Part shown: piece after piece, positions 1-12,012 of the stretch
How the letters are laid out: each line of letters opens with the position of its first letter
Numbering within the stretch: the first letter of the stretch is position 1
Assembly: GCF_041956535.1 (NCBI RefSeq)
Contig: NW_027192199.1
Coordinates: 372,001-436,000 of the forward strand
Length of the DNA: 64,000 nucleotides
Source of the DNA: Calcarisporiella thermophila CBS 279.70
Taxonomy: Eukaryota > Fungi > Calcarisporiellomycota
Direction of reading: 5' to 3'
Program-made: the position numbers and the translations under genes
Notes under the pieces: model-generated
The model's input: the letters and a program-made list of their open reading frames with translations, nothing else
Database searches by the model: none
What the model was told of the DNA's origin: nothing

Positions 1-1363
1 TTTGCTCTTTCCTTCTAATTTCTGTTCTATTTTTGACCTATATTCTTTTTTTTTATACTTTTTTCAAGCCTCTATTTGAATTTAATGACTCTGATCCTCA
101 TCCTCTCCCCTCTATACTCAAAAATATATCCAAATTTCTACAGGTTAGAATATCAGACTTCATCATCTCTTGATCTATATGACATTTGACTTGGACTATT
201 CCGTTTTCCGAAAGTGCGCGATTGAATTAATATTGTTATGTTATTCATCTTGTTTCCATGCCACATAATCAGCAAAACAATAATCCTATTACAATTCCAT
301 AGAGCGTGAACATTATGCTACATAAAGTCATGTTCCTTTTAAAAATGGAATAGGACTTTATGTAGAAATTTTTTTCAAAATTTTAATCTTGCCATTTATT
401 TCCAAAAGATTAAGATATCGTAAATGAAGGAAAAATAAGCTAGTTTTCCACTCTGAATTTAAGCGCGGAGCTTTAAAATGGAATTGAAAAATTAAACCGT
501 CTCATATTCTCAAATTTACATTTAAAGCCACACCTGTTTTTTACACTCATTATAATAGCTTTTCATAATGGCATTAAAGCCTTGCTCTACATCGCTGCAA
601 AACTTCCTCCAAAACAAAGTCGGCCAAGGGCCAACTTTACAACATGTGAGAAAATTAATTTGATGAAATTTATCAAACTGATTTCTGATCCTTTGGTTTT
701 AATTTTTGATAGTTTATACTTCGAGCTCAAGCATTATCAATGTACCGAACTATTTTAAGGACATTACGACGTAAAGTTACGAATAGTAGGATCCCAAAAG
801 GATTTTCTATACTAAAACTATTCATCTAGATATCGACAAGCGTAATGCAAATGAACTCCGAGAATGGGCTAGACACGACTTTGAACGAACAAGAAATGAA
901 ACGGACATCGTACTTTTCTCGCCGCTTCCATTTCCTCTCCAATAAGCAGATCGCTAATCTAGCTCTTTTTTTTTTTTCAATCGTGTAGGAGAAAATCAAA
1001 TACTATCTTTCGCTTGGGAACACTGAAATCACCAACTTTAAACGTAGTCTGGCACTTGCTCAACCAGAACTCGAACTGTCACAACCGAAAACCAAGCGCT
1101 GTTAGCAACTTTCCAATACCATTTTTCTTACTTTAGAATGTAAATATAATCGACTGTTAATTTACCCACTAATGGTGCGGTTGTGAAGTTATTTTTTTAG
1201 AGAAGCAAATTGAAAAAAATATTCACATATGACATTTATGTAAAAATTAAATATAACTCAAAAAACAATCCATGCTCAAGAATAAGACACCTGTCTCTTT
1301 ACGATTGCCAGCGATGCATTTCATATTCCTCTCTCCCTCTCTCCTCCCAACCGGAATCGGCCA

Positions 1364-2713
1364 TTACCGGTCTCGACTTCTGCCCCGTTTCTTTTCTCTT
1401 CTCGGCGATCGCTCCCGGCTGTGGCTGCTTCTTCTTGATTTGCTCGATCTCTCGCGACTTCGATTCCGATCTCGGTCCTTCCTTGATGAGCGGTCTCGAC
1501 TACGACTTCTTTCTTTATCTCGCCTTGATGTGCGGTCGCGGCTACCACTTCGAGCCCTGTCCTTTCGTGATGAACGATCACGACTACGACTTCGTTCTCT
1601 ATCTCGCCTTGATAAGCGGTCGCGGCTGCGGCTGCGGCTACGGCTTCGTTTCTCCCTTCGTCCCTCACGGCTTCTATCGCGATGTTGATGTTTGCTTTCA
1701 CTTGACCGCGAATCAATGGAGGTTGTCGAGGTCGATTTTACGGAAACCTTCTCATTCATCGTCAGCCTCCTGGCATATTCTGAGGCACGGACGGTTTCTA
1801 CTAGTTTGGATTCTTTAGCTCCCAGACCAAGTAGTGCGGGACGTTGTTGGAACTCTACAGGTGCTACCATGCCATATTTACGATTTTTCCCAACCGCTTG
1901 TCCTTCCTTCCACCCCATGCCCCTCAATAAAGCCAAGCCGAAATCTTCCACAGGGATGTTTTCGTAGTCTTCGATAGAAGCCTCGTCTGGTAGGGTCTCT
2001 ATGTCACTCTTGTATGCGGTATACTCGGCTCTTTGTGCATCTTGGAGTGTATTTGGAATTACCAAATTTGACCGACTTGTTTCTGCGGAATCGGAATTTG
2101 CCCCCGAAAGCAATTCCTTTATTGCTCGCTTCTCGAGTGATTCTTCTGTATCCACCTCCATGGTCCCGTTCTGATCCTCTGATTGTGATGGCGATTTCTC
2201 AGTCTCACCATTCTCAACCGTAGTGCCATTGCGATTATCATCGGTCACATTGTCAACCTTAATGGAATCCTTCTTCTCCAGAATCTGAAGCCCATAGACC
2301 TTGCCCGCCTCTATTCCATTGAGAGTTTCGGTTGTGTCTGCGACGGTGGCTGGTGGAGTAGATGATATTTCTTCTGGAATGTAGCGAACCCCCTTTCTTC
2401 GGGCTGCCTCAGCACGCCAGTCCCGATTGGGGAGTTTAGGGATTACAAGTGGCCCCTCATCGTCCTTTTGGTTCAAGCTTAGGAGGCGATTGTCTTCAAA
2501 TCCTGTGATCAATTCCATCTGCCCCTCCTCTCCCTCAGCACCTCCAAACTTGCGTTTCCTCTTTGAATCCTCTGTGCCAAACACATTTGATTTCTTAGGT
2601 GCCGCAGTTTTCCGTGCGCCGATGGACATGCTGAACTTGGTTTTTCCTCCCTCCTCTTTCGAGGGTTTACCTGGATCGTCCGATTTGCCCCCAATTTTAA
2701 AAGAAAACGACAT
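1364..2713 (-). CDS. SPP2: Spp2/MOS2-type G-patch splicing factor with C-terminal RS/RD-rich domain (intronless)
   Basis: G-patch motif 'EDYENIPVEDFGLALLRGMGWKEGQAVG...RPALLGLGAK', N-terminal 'PLVIPKLPNRDWR' motif and a long RSRSRDR repeat tail; first ATG at 2713. Confidence 0.8.
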   Translation of the reverse strand: MSFSFKIGGKSDDPGKPSKEEGGKTKFSMSIGARKTAAPKKSNVFGTEDSKRKRKFGGAEGEEGQMELITGFEDNRLLSLNQKDDEGPLVIPKLPNRDWRAEAARRKGVRYIPEEISSTPPATVADTTETLNGIEAGKVYGLQILEKKDSIKVDNVTDDNRNGTTVENGETEKSPSQSEDQNGTMEVDTEESLEKRAIKELLSGANSDSAETSRSNLVIPNTLQDAQRAEYTAYKSDIETLPDEASIEDYENIPVEDFGLALLRGMGWKEGQAVGKNRKYGMVAPVEFQQRPALLGLGAKESKLVETVRASEYARRLTMNEKVSVKSTSTTSIDSRSSESKHQHRDRSREGRREKRSRSRSRSRDRLSRRDRERSRSRDRSSRKDRARSGSRDRTSRRDKERSRSRDRSSRKDRDRNRSRERSSKSRRSSHSRERSPRREKKRGRSRDR

Positions 2714-2900
2714 GGTGCTATGAGTGACAAGGAAGAGGAACGACACGATCTTGGCAACTCTGAAAAAGTAGGACTGTAATTAATTGTGGCTTGGAAATTT
2801 ATCGCGCACCTTTCAAAGACTCGCAAAATGCAATCTCGAGTTCTTCCTCCTCTTTCACTCTCGGTTTGTTCGACAAGACAAGAACAAAGAGAATATTATA

Positions 2901-4500
2901 ATGGCCGAAACCCTGCAACTTCGCGGTACCTTGAAGGGTAATTATCATGATAACATAAGTTTATTTGTTTGGGATGGATGAGCATCCGCACAATATCATG
3001 ATGGATGGATGGATGGATGAATACATGCATGGATGTCAGGAGGGGCCGGAGGACACACTTCTCCACCTCCATTCTCTTTGCTATGTGATTTATCTGGGAT
3101 GGCAAGCCGTATGCATGTGTTTTATGCGCGCGGCTAGTGCTAATGGGGCCATTGATGGATGAATGATAATGGAACTATAATGACAACCCACCTGATCTAA
3201 TCCCTATTTTTCTTCTTCTTTCTTAGGTCACTCTGGGTAGGTTATCTGATGGAGCGCTGCTGCCTTGTCCAACCTCAAGCGGCGATGGCGATTTTTACAT
3301 TTTACTTTTGCAAAGCATATTAATCCAATTGATGTTTGTGATGTAGTTGGGTCACCTCTTTGGCGACCACCTCTGAGGCTCCCGACATGCTCCTGTCCGG
3401 CTCTCGCGGTAAGCAAGCTCTAGCCATTCCCCCTCTGAATTGATTATTCATCCGATTCCCCCAATAGACAAGACATTGATCGTGTGGCACCTCACCCGTG
3501 ATGAATTCAATTACGGAGTGCCCCGCAAGTCCCTGCACGGCCACAACCACTTCGTTCAGGATGTTGTCATCTCTTCCGACGGTCAGTTTGCCCTCTCCGC
3601 CTCCTGGGACAAGACCCTCCGCCTCTGGGACCTCAACTCTGGAGTGACCACTCGCCGCTTCGTCGGCCACACTGGTGATGTCCTGTCCGTCTCCTTCAGC
3701 GCTGACAACCGCCAGATCGTCTCTGCTGCTCGTGACAAGACCATCAAGCTTTGGAACACTCTCGGTGAGTGCAAGTATAACATCACTGAGGGTGGTCACT
3801 CCGAATGGGTTTCCTGCGTCCGCTTCTCCCCCAACCCCAAGAACCCCGTCATCGTGTCGTCTGGATGGGACAAGCTTATTAAGGTAAATGTTGGGGCCAA
3901 TCGGCCCGAGGATGATGCCTTTCAAAATATTTGCTACTTCAGAGGTGTTTAGCTCACCTATGAGACAAAATTCCACTATTTTCTGACCCCAAATTTTGTT
4001 CCATTGACACTTCCCCCTTCTCCTGCCCCATTGTGAAGCACATTGCTAATCCCCGTTTTCATTGCCACTAGGTTTGGGACCTTACCAAGTGCAAGCTCCG
4101 CACCAACCACATCGGTCACACCGGCTATGTTAACACCGTGACCGTTTCTCCCGACGGCTCCCTCTGTGCATCGGGTGGCAAGGACGGCATCACCATGCTC
4201 TGGGATCTGAACGACAGCAAGCACCTCTACTCGCTTGATGCTGGAGACGAGATCAACGCCCTCGTCTTCTCGCCCAACCGCTACTGGCTCTGCGCCGCGA
4301 CTGCCTCCTGCATCCGCATCTGGGACCTCGAGAGCAAGTCGATTGTTGATGAGCTCCGCCCCGAGTTCCTCGACCAAAAGAGCTCGCGCAACAAGAGCGG
4401 CGATCCTCAGTGCGTGTCGCTCGCCTGGTCCGCCGATGGAACGACATTGTTCGCCGGATACACGGACAACCTTATCCGTGTCTGGGCTGTGGTTGCTTAA
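2901..4500 (+). CDS. ASC1: RACK1/Asc1/Cpc2 WD40 ribosomal scaffold; exons 2901-2937, 3227-3236, 3347-3408, 3468-3883, 4072-4500
   Basis: Spliced translation [24 protein letters not shown]...SGSRDKTLIVW...[30 protein letters not shown]...[13 protein letters not shown]; all four introns are GT-AG and keep the frame. Confidence 0.97.
3001..3020 (+). repeat. (TGGA)n microsatellite in RACK1 intron 1
   Basis: atggatggatggatggatga. Confidence 0.8.
3908..3990 (+). ncRNA. snR24: C/D box snoRNA U24 (snR24) in the last intron of RACK1/ASC1
   Basis: Box C ATGATG at 3912-3917, guide ATATTTGCTACTT followed by D' CAGA (as I recall from yeast snR24, antisense to LSU rRNA AGUAGCAAAUAU), C' TGAGA, box D CTGA at 3983-3986. 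The ASC1 intron is the known U24 host in yeasts. Confidence 0.9.
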
Positions 4501-5150
4501 GTGTTTCTCTTTTCAACTTAAAATTTTTTTATAAATAAATGGAGGGCTTCATTACAACATCTGTGTAAGCAAAAACGGGGCGCAACGGCCCTCTTGTGAA
4601 AATAAAAAAGAACTCTTTGGGGGCAAGTTCTAGAGGGCCCAATTCAGCCGCGCGGGATGCGTGGGGTTTAGGAAGGGAAGGTGGGGAGGAGGAACACAAA
4701 CTGCTCGACCATACGATTTTGACTATTCCACCAACACAATCCAAAGAGTGGAAGAGTGCTCTAATAAATCACCCTAAAAACACTTTACACCCCAAACTGC
4801 AAGCATTTTAATTTTCAAATCGGTCTTTGATACAAAAAGCCTTATCTGGCCTGGCCCAATTCCTTCTCCTTTTTTCACCTAGAAACATCAGTATATAGAT
4901 GTAGAAAAGGAACCGAAAGTTTCATGGGTACAGGCATAGCATATTTCTTTTTGACCGCCCTGCGGATCTCCAATCATGCGGCGTTGTTTTACTACTCTCA
5001 TGAAAAAAAAATAATGAATGCTTTCATGCGTTATATATTAGAAGATCAGAATTCTAATTTCCAAACAGAGCAGAGCAGTGTACATTTTGTAAACGAAAGT
5101 GAATCGAGGAAAGAAGTGGATTGTCCGAATATGATGCTTCCTCCCTCTTC

Positions 5151-5956
5151 TTAGAACTTGTCGTGTCCTCCCTGAGAATAGAATGTGTTCAAAATCTGAA
5201 CACACTTCTCCAGCCCTGACAACCAAGTGACCATCTGTGTGCGGGTTTGCTCATTGTCTGGACCAAGCTTGGAAAAAAAGTCCTTGCGGTAGGGACATGC
5301 CTTCATTGCCAGCGTGAATACGGGCCGAACGAGCATACCGTGATGGGCACGGAGAGAGCCCTCATAAGCCTTAGTGAACGAGACCGAAAGTTCCTCAGAA
5401 GGATTGTCATAAGACCTACGGAGAGCTTGGGCAGTAAAGTCGAGACCACTAGATTTCACCAAAGCATTACAGAAAATGAATGTTTTTGAGGTTTGAAACA
5501 AATACAAACCGCTTAAGCCAGAGAAGACCCTCAGTTGCAACTCGCTTCTTCTCTCCCTTTTCGGCTTCGACGAGATGCTGCAAGGTGTCATTCACTTGTG
5601 GATTCGTAAGAAACCGATCGCGAATTTTCTGTTATTATGGAGAGTAAGCCAAATTCAAGATAGTTAAAAGAGTATCGACCATAAAAAAGGCATACCTTGA
5701 CGTTGCCATTCATGTCATTCTGAACAATGCTAAAGGCGGATGAGCCAAGGAGGTCTAATTTTAATCAAAGTAAAGCAATAGCAGATTAGGACTTTCATCA
5801 TCAGCCTCCATCATCAAATTTATCTTCCACACCGAACATCTTGATCAAGCCCTCAGTGGCTTCCAAGAATTCAATGGTGTTGATGCCCTTCTCATCTATC
5901 GTCACGCGCTCGTACCCACGGCTGATGGTTTCAAAGAATGTTTTGTCGCTCGACAT
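5151..5956 (-). CDS. Glycolipid transfer protein (GLTP/HET-C2 family), multi-exon
   Basis: MSSDKTFFETISRGY...INTIEFLEATEGLIKMF; DLLGSSAFSIVQNDMNGNVK; LSVSFTKAYEGSLRAHHGMLVRPVFTLAMKACPYRKDFF. Confidence 0.9.
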
Positions 5957-6412
5957 CTTTTTTTTTAAAAAAAAAAAATCGAAAAATGATGCTTTAAAAA
6001 TATTAAATACTATTTAAAGAGAATTATTAGGTAGAATCGCGTCGCTCGAATCTATTCGATCCCCTCGGATCCACCCATGTCAAATTACACGTACTTGGTG
6101 TAATGGAAAAATACGTCTGGCCGAAAAGACCCCTCACTGCATTTAAACGTGCAGATAGCTTCCCAAATCGGTCGATGATGCTCTAATTGAAGTGTGCAGA
6201 AGTGGGTGTTTCTCAGAACAGACGAGGTAACTCGGACGAGCATACGTATTGTATGCTTTTTGTCCATATCTAGCCGATATCATACACCCAGAATAAGAAC
6301 TCCCCGCCTCTTGCACCCGACTTTTGTCTCTCAACTTTTCATTTCCTTCCCGGTTTTGTAAGCTTTGCCCACTCATCTCCCCCACAGACCTTGGTGCTTC
6401 TTTCTTAAACTC

Positions 6413-7150
6413 ATGAAGTTCCATGTGCTCCTCAAAGTCTCTGTGATAGCAGGCTGCATGCTAACTGTGTCCTCGTCGTCTAATATAAACGACACTGAAG
6501 CACCCGACGGAAACCGGCAAGATATTAGCCCGTACACCGCTCCAACGTCTCCCCCTACTTCGACCATTTCTTGCCTTGAGGAGGAGGGCTCAAGCACAAG
6601 TTTTACATACCCTTATATTCCCACCATGGTCTCTGGAGTTAAAAACATAACCATTGCCATTCCCTGCCTTTACTATCGAGACATGAACGATTCGACCTCA
6701 ACGCTTGTCTCTAGATCCGTTTCTATAGGGGCCAAAATGAAAAACACATCCCATGTTAATGAGCTCACCACCTCCATTACTTTAAAATGCAATTCAACGA
6801 TGATTTTCGATTCAGCCTGCATGAGGGTGAAAATTAATGGTATGGATGAGCTCGGGTCTCACAATACGACAGCTCCTTTCAACCATGCGGACAACGAAAT
6901 CTCCGCCATCACGGATGATATTGAGGAATATGGACCCCTCAGAGTGAACAGAATTATCAGAGAGAACGGGACCCTTTGTACCTACATTTTGCATTCACCT
7001 TCGGATACTGACGATGTAAATGAGATGATTCAAAGGGTTAACTTCTCGGGTTCTAACGAGCTGGAATTTCATGGGTGGAGAGTATTGGGATTATGGGGGA
7101 TAATTTGTTTGGTCGACACTATTTTCAATTTTAATCGGCATGTTCTCTAA
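6413..7150 (+). CDS. Orphan secreted or possibly GPI-anchored Ser/Thr-rich glycoprotein (intronless)
   Basis: Signal-peptide-like start MKFHVLLKVSVIAGCMLTVSSS, several N-x-S/T sequons, hydrophobic C-terminus after SGS. Confidence 0.55.
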   Translation: MKFHVLLKVSVIAGCMLTVSSSSNINDTEAPDGNRQDISPYTAPTSPPTSTISCLEEEGSSTSFTYPYIPTMVSGVKNITIAIPCLYYRDMNDSTSTLVSRSVSIGAKMKNTSHVNELTTSITLKCNSTMIFDSACMRVKINGMDELGSHNTTAPFNHADNEISAITDDIEEYGPLRVNRIIRENGTLCTYILHSPSDTDDVNEMIQRVNFSGSNELEFHGWRVLGLWGIICLVDTIFNFNRHVL

Positions 7151-7353
7151 GAATGTTCGTTCAGGGTGGCATTTATTTTTTTCAACAATTTCATTTTCGA
7201 TCCATTTGTATAAGTGGCTTGTCTAGACAACACAGGCAATCTATTTTAGCAAATTTCCAATTTCAATAAAGTGTTTACAACAATTAGATTAGCATATTAG
7301 CAGGCGTATTTCATAGGATATAATTCTTTATCCACTCGCCTAATTTCGCAAAG

Positions 7354-8565
7354 ATGACTCGAACTGGACACCAAACTCCACTCGAGCTCCTCGATAAAAA
7401 GGGCTTCATTAATGTTTGCGCACCCATGGTCCGTTACAGTAAGCTGCCATTTCGAGAACTAGTCCGAGGGTATGGTTACTATTATCCTACTTTTATGATG
7501 CTGTTCGCCCCGTTTCCTAGCCCAGCCTTAATCTTGTTCATAGTTACGATGTAGATCTCTGTTATACGCCCATGATCCTCGCCAATGCTTTTAAAAATTC
7601 CGAGTTTGCTCGGCAAAGCGAGTTCAGCACCAATGCCCATGATTCACCATTAGTTGTTCAGTTCGCGGCAAGTAGTCCGGAAGATTTGGCAGAGGCAGCC
7701 GAACTAGTTGCCCCCTATTGCGGGGGCGTTGATCTTAATTGTGGGTGCCCACAAAAATGGGCCATAAAAGTAAGCAGAGTGGCTTTAACTTTGGATGAGA
7801 GTGAGGGTCGAAGTGACGCTGTTAAATCAATAGGAGCAAATTGGAGCCCACTTGATGTCACAGCCAGAGAAGGTGCGAAACATGGTTCGGGCGGTCAAGG
7901 GGCGGGTTGGCGACCGAATCAATTGTTCCGTGAAGATAAGAATTCACTCAAATTTAAAGTAAGTCGAATAGGAGAGGAAGTGGAATCAGAGAGCCCGCTT
8001 TTTTACTATTTCACTGTGCTGGGTGTAGGGAGACCGCCGAGTTTGTTCGCCGAGCTGAAAGTGCCGGTGTGGATTACATCACCGTTCATGGCCGCACCCG
8101 CCAGCAGAAATCAAGCTATCCCGTCAATTTAGAGGGGATCCGTTTTGCTAAGGAAATAGCACAAGTCCCTGTCATAGCGAATGGGGACGTATTCAGCGCA
8201 GAAGATGCAGCCCATATTCGAGCCATGACAGGGGTTGATGGGGTCATGGCCGCGCGAGGTTTGCTCCGGAATCCAGCCCTATTTGCTGGCTTCGAGAGAA
8301 CGCCTTGGGAGTGCGTGGAGGTAAGTGAGATGGGTGCATCGTATGCAACAATGAGGTGAAATCCATTTCTAAATATACACGTCTCCTGTAGAAATATGTT
8401 AAGTTGGCTCTGAGCTACGGGACCAACCATTTCATTTTCCACCACCACCTTCAATTCATGTTGGAAGAGTCGATGAGTAACACTGAACGGAAAAGTTTCA
8501 ACACGATCGCCACAATTCCCGGAGTGCTCGATCACCTGGAAAAGTACTATGGTCTGACAATATAG
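7354..8565 (+). CDS. DUS4: tRNA-dihydrouridine synthase, DUS4-like, multi-exon
   Basis: APMVRYSKLPFRELV, PLVVQFAAS, GVDLNCGCPQKWA, DYITVHGRT, PVIANGDV, GVMAARGLLRNP. Confidence 0.9.
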
Positions 8566-9001
8566 AAGCCAACTTTGTATACATTCACCTATAGACTTTG
8601 TATTCCTCCACTGTAATGAAATCCCCGCAATAATAGTAGCCATCCGAAAATCTATCCACTATGAAACAGACAATAATTTAGCTACCCAAATGATCCAAAT
8701 GAGGCGGAGGGGGCATGTGAAACCGCGCCACAAAGTCTAATAGACCACGCTCCAATTTTTTCCTGACTTTGTGCATACCTCTATTTCAAATTTGTTTCAT
8801 ACGCATATACGTATATAACAGACCCCACACGCTACAATCCCTCTTGGAAGAGTTCGATTCTCAAACGGGTTCTTGCCTCCTCCTTTTCCATCCCGCTTTC
8901 CCTATAATTTGAATTGGTAAAATCCTCCTTCATCATTAACGCCTAAGCGCCTACTGCTTATTGTATAATCTTTGTCCTTGCTTTGTGTCGCATTGAATGA
9001 C

Positions 9002-10613
9002 ATGCAACTCAATGCTGTGCTTGGACATGGGATGAATGGCTCCGAGAAACCATACTTGCACCTAAATACTAAGGCCCACGAATCCTGTGGCAAGCCCCCA
9101 TCCTTAATTTGGCATGATGCGATATTCATCTCAAATCGACACAATGACCCTCATGCTGGCATGCAGAGGCATTCGGAGATGGCTGACAACATTCCTCTCT
9201 CCATTTCTATGAAGTCAGCTCTTGAAGAATCTATTCAATCCGATGTGTTTGTTTCAATACTCTCCGATGGGGACGACAGGACGAGCTTGGGTGAGAGCAT
9301 GATGGTTTTGGACGAGTTCTTGCGCAATTGTCGGAAAGCGTTCCCGAAAGTTGAACTGGAGTCCCTTTGGGTCCCTGCCCATATTCACCCGCAGCTCTTC
9401 CCCCTTCAATTCTGCGAATGGCTTCAGGTTCAAAGCTCCCAGACCACGGAGAGTCAAAATGCTGGTAAAGTCGGCCCATGTCAAGGGAAACGCCAAGAGT
9501 TGGATGGAGAAGAAGGGGTAGCTGAATTGCAGGATGAGAAGCCAAAAATCAAAAGGACGAGATCGCTGGCAAAATATCGATTCGGCACCAAAGCACCCTT
9601 GCACAGAACATCGGCTCGCGGCGACCATGGAAATAGGAGGTCGGAGTTGAGGGAGGAACAGCCCCATCCTCCGCAGACTGCAAGCACGCAACCTCTGGTC
9701 ATAGGTAAGCAATACACGCACCTTCACCATGCGGTTATGAGAAAATAACATGGAGGCATTCCTTCAAGATCATGCCGCGAATTACCGGCAAGAGCAACCC
9801 ATTGGCATTAAAGAATCATCCGGTCCGGTTGCCGAATCTCCGGTCCAATCCGAGCGGCCGACTCCGAAATTCAGAATAGAAGGGGCTTCCAAGATTGCAG
9901 AACCAGAAGTCCCTCCACCCACCTCGGCAAGGGCAGATGCTTGCTCTGCTCCCACCGTCGCACCTTTTCACGAAAAGCAACCAGCTGACTGTGACGCTCT
10001 CTCCAAACGTGCCGCTCCTCGCCACCTCTCTGTAATGAACAAAAGGCTATTTGCCAAAATTATGAAGCTACGTAAAATCCTCTACGCTCTCTTCTTGGTT
10101 CGGTCTCCTCCCCCTAGTATATCCCCCGCCAGCAGAGGCGAGCATTCCCCCAAACCTTTCCGGCCCGATCACTTCCATCGTTACCCCATTCAGACCGAGT
10201 ATGCCCTCTATAAACTCTCGCACCTCAAGTTATCCGAGCAGCGTCGACCCTTGCGCCACCAAGTGATCATCACAAACTTTATGTTTTGGTATCTATCCAC
10301 GGTGCAAAAACAGATCACACGAAGAAAAGCCACGCCGCAGGCAAGCCTTAAGCCTAGAAGCGACTCTAAAGCTTCGAAGTATGGAAACGAATCGACGCCT
10401 TTACCCACCCTTCCCGCTGCACAGAACAAGTTAGCATCCACTGATACACACTATCCAACCCTGTCTAGACAGGCATTATTTACCAATGTCATGAGCCGAC
10501 GTAGAGCCACGGCCGGCGCCATTAGACATATTCCCAACTCTCCCCTATTGGACCACGCACCTCCTATGACTACGCAGCCGAAGACGCCGTCCCGCCTCGC
10601 ACTCGCGAATTGA
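9002..10613 (+). CDS. ZDS1: Zds1/Zds2-like PP2A-Cdc55 regulator (intron 9705-9768; start codon uncertain)
   Basis: 'LWVPAHIHPQLFPLQFCEWL' motif and Zds_C-like 'RYPIQTEYALYKLSHLKLSEQRRPLRHQVIITNFMFWYL'; a phase-1 GT-AG intron joins the two ORFs. Confidence 0.75.
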
Positions 10614-11119
10614 TCACACTCCCATGAAACCATGCGCCGGATCGAACTTGGTGGAAATGTTGAACACAATGAAAACCCCTAGGGCTGGTTTAGGATAGGG
10701 CTGCCAGGCTGGAACTGAAGCTCCTCCTCCGTCATCCGTACCTTTGCCACCTGCAAATAGTGCAAGGGCTTAGCGAGAAGCCCGAAACTCGATTACATGC
10801 CGCTGTGTTTATATTCCAAATATTCTGTGATAACCCCTTCCTCTGTACTCTTTCATTCCCATGTTGGTTGTTTACCCTCTATGTTTACATAGAGTTTTAG
10901 CGAACTAAACCACAAACATTGTACAAAAGACAGCGTTTACTTGGAGAGTAATGGAAAGGACCCAGAGGGAATCAAAATGGCATAGTGGATAAAAGTGTGG
11001 ATTATGAATATTATGAAGATTACAAATACATGCATAGGGGGATATAAGATCGGAAACATATGGATATGGATATCGAGAAGAATCATACATGAGCGAATAA
11101 TTAGAAAAGAGGCGGAATT

Positions 11120-12012
11120 TTAGAACGAGCCTCGCTTTTTCCTCTTGACTGCCCTCGTTTCTGCGAACTTCCCGCATGCCTCCTCCTGCCTCCAGTGTCG
11201 TCGCAAGGCATCGCTTCTCGAGAAGCTTCTGAGCAATTAAAGCCATCAGGCGAGCGATTAAGAGACGGCATTTTTAAAGGAGGACGAAAAAAAATAAGCG
11301 AGACCTACCTCTGGCATTCTGGGCATTCGTATGGCTTTTCGCGTGTGTGCACGCGTACGTGGCGGTTCAGATCATGTCTACGGGAGAAAGTGCGGGTGCA
11401 AATAGTACATGCGTGGGGGCGTTCATTTATATGAGTGCGTAAGTGAGCGTGCAAGCTTTTGGAGCGGGTGAAAGTCTTTTGACATTGAGGACAACGAAGT
11501 CCAGGGGAGGCCGGCCCATCGGAAGAATCGTGTTTCACATGGAATGCGGGTGTGTTCTCAGAGGCTCGGGCCGCTCTCTTCGACCTCTGCCTCCTGCGGA
11601 TTGACGCGTCGCCAGAAAGGTTGGGGGAATTGCCTTTCTTCTTTGCCTCTCGATTGTCTGATTGCGGCTCATACATCACGAATTTCATCGGCGTCTCCTC
11701 GTTCATGGGTTTGGACACGGCTGCGTCCTGGATATTGATTGCTTCACCTAATGGCAAGAGTCCCGAGTATAAGTTTTGGGGTGCAACCGTCTCAGGAAGG
11801 GCGTCACTCGAAAAATCCGTTGACGCGAGAATTGTGTAGGCTAACATCGCTTGAGAGTACATGTGGTGTAGAGAGGGCAGACCGTAAAGAATGGTGGGGC
11901 CCAAATCTACTTTGGAGGAATTTTCTCCTTGCGTTAATTGTTCAATTGAGGACGCGTCGTCAGTACAGCATTGAGAGGAAAGAGGGCCGCTGCTGGAGGA
12001 GAGTACTGACAT
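11120..12012 (-). CDS. C2H2 zinc-finger transcription factor with three fingers (one intron at about 11230-11308)
   Basis: CPQCQKTFTRSKSLHAHLRTH, CTICTRTFSRRHDLNRHVRVHTREKPYECPECQR|SFSRSDALRRHW, basic C-terminus KRKKR. Confidence 0.9.

Noticed and set aside
649-686. Imperfect AT-rich inverted repeat
   Set aside because: Expected by chance in very AT-rich DNA; no transposase, target-site duplication or second copy seen.
1210-1818. Overlapping plus-strand ORFs opposite SPP2
   Set aside because: These are antisense shadows of the repetitive RS domain, which lacks stops in several frames.
6083-6155. Three short consecutive hairpins upstream of GLTP
   Set aside because: Stems are only 4-7 bp with no ribozyme or snoRNA motif; compatible with chance.
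9730-9770. Operon-like stop/start coupling TAA-C-ATG between two ORFs
   Set aside because: It lies within the 9705-9768 intron of a single ZDS1-like gene.
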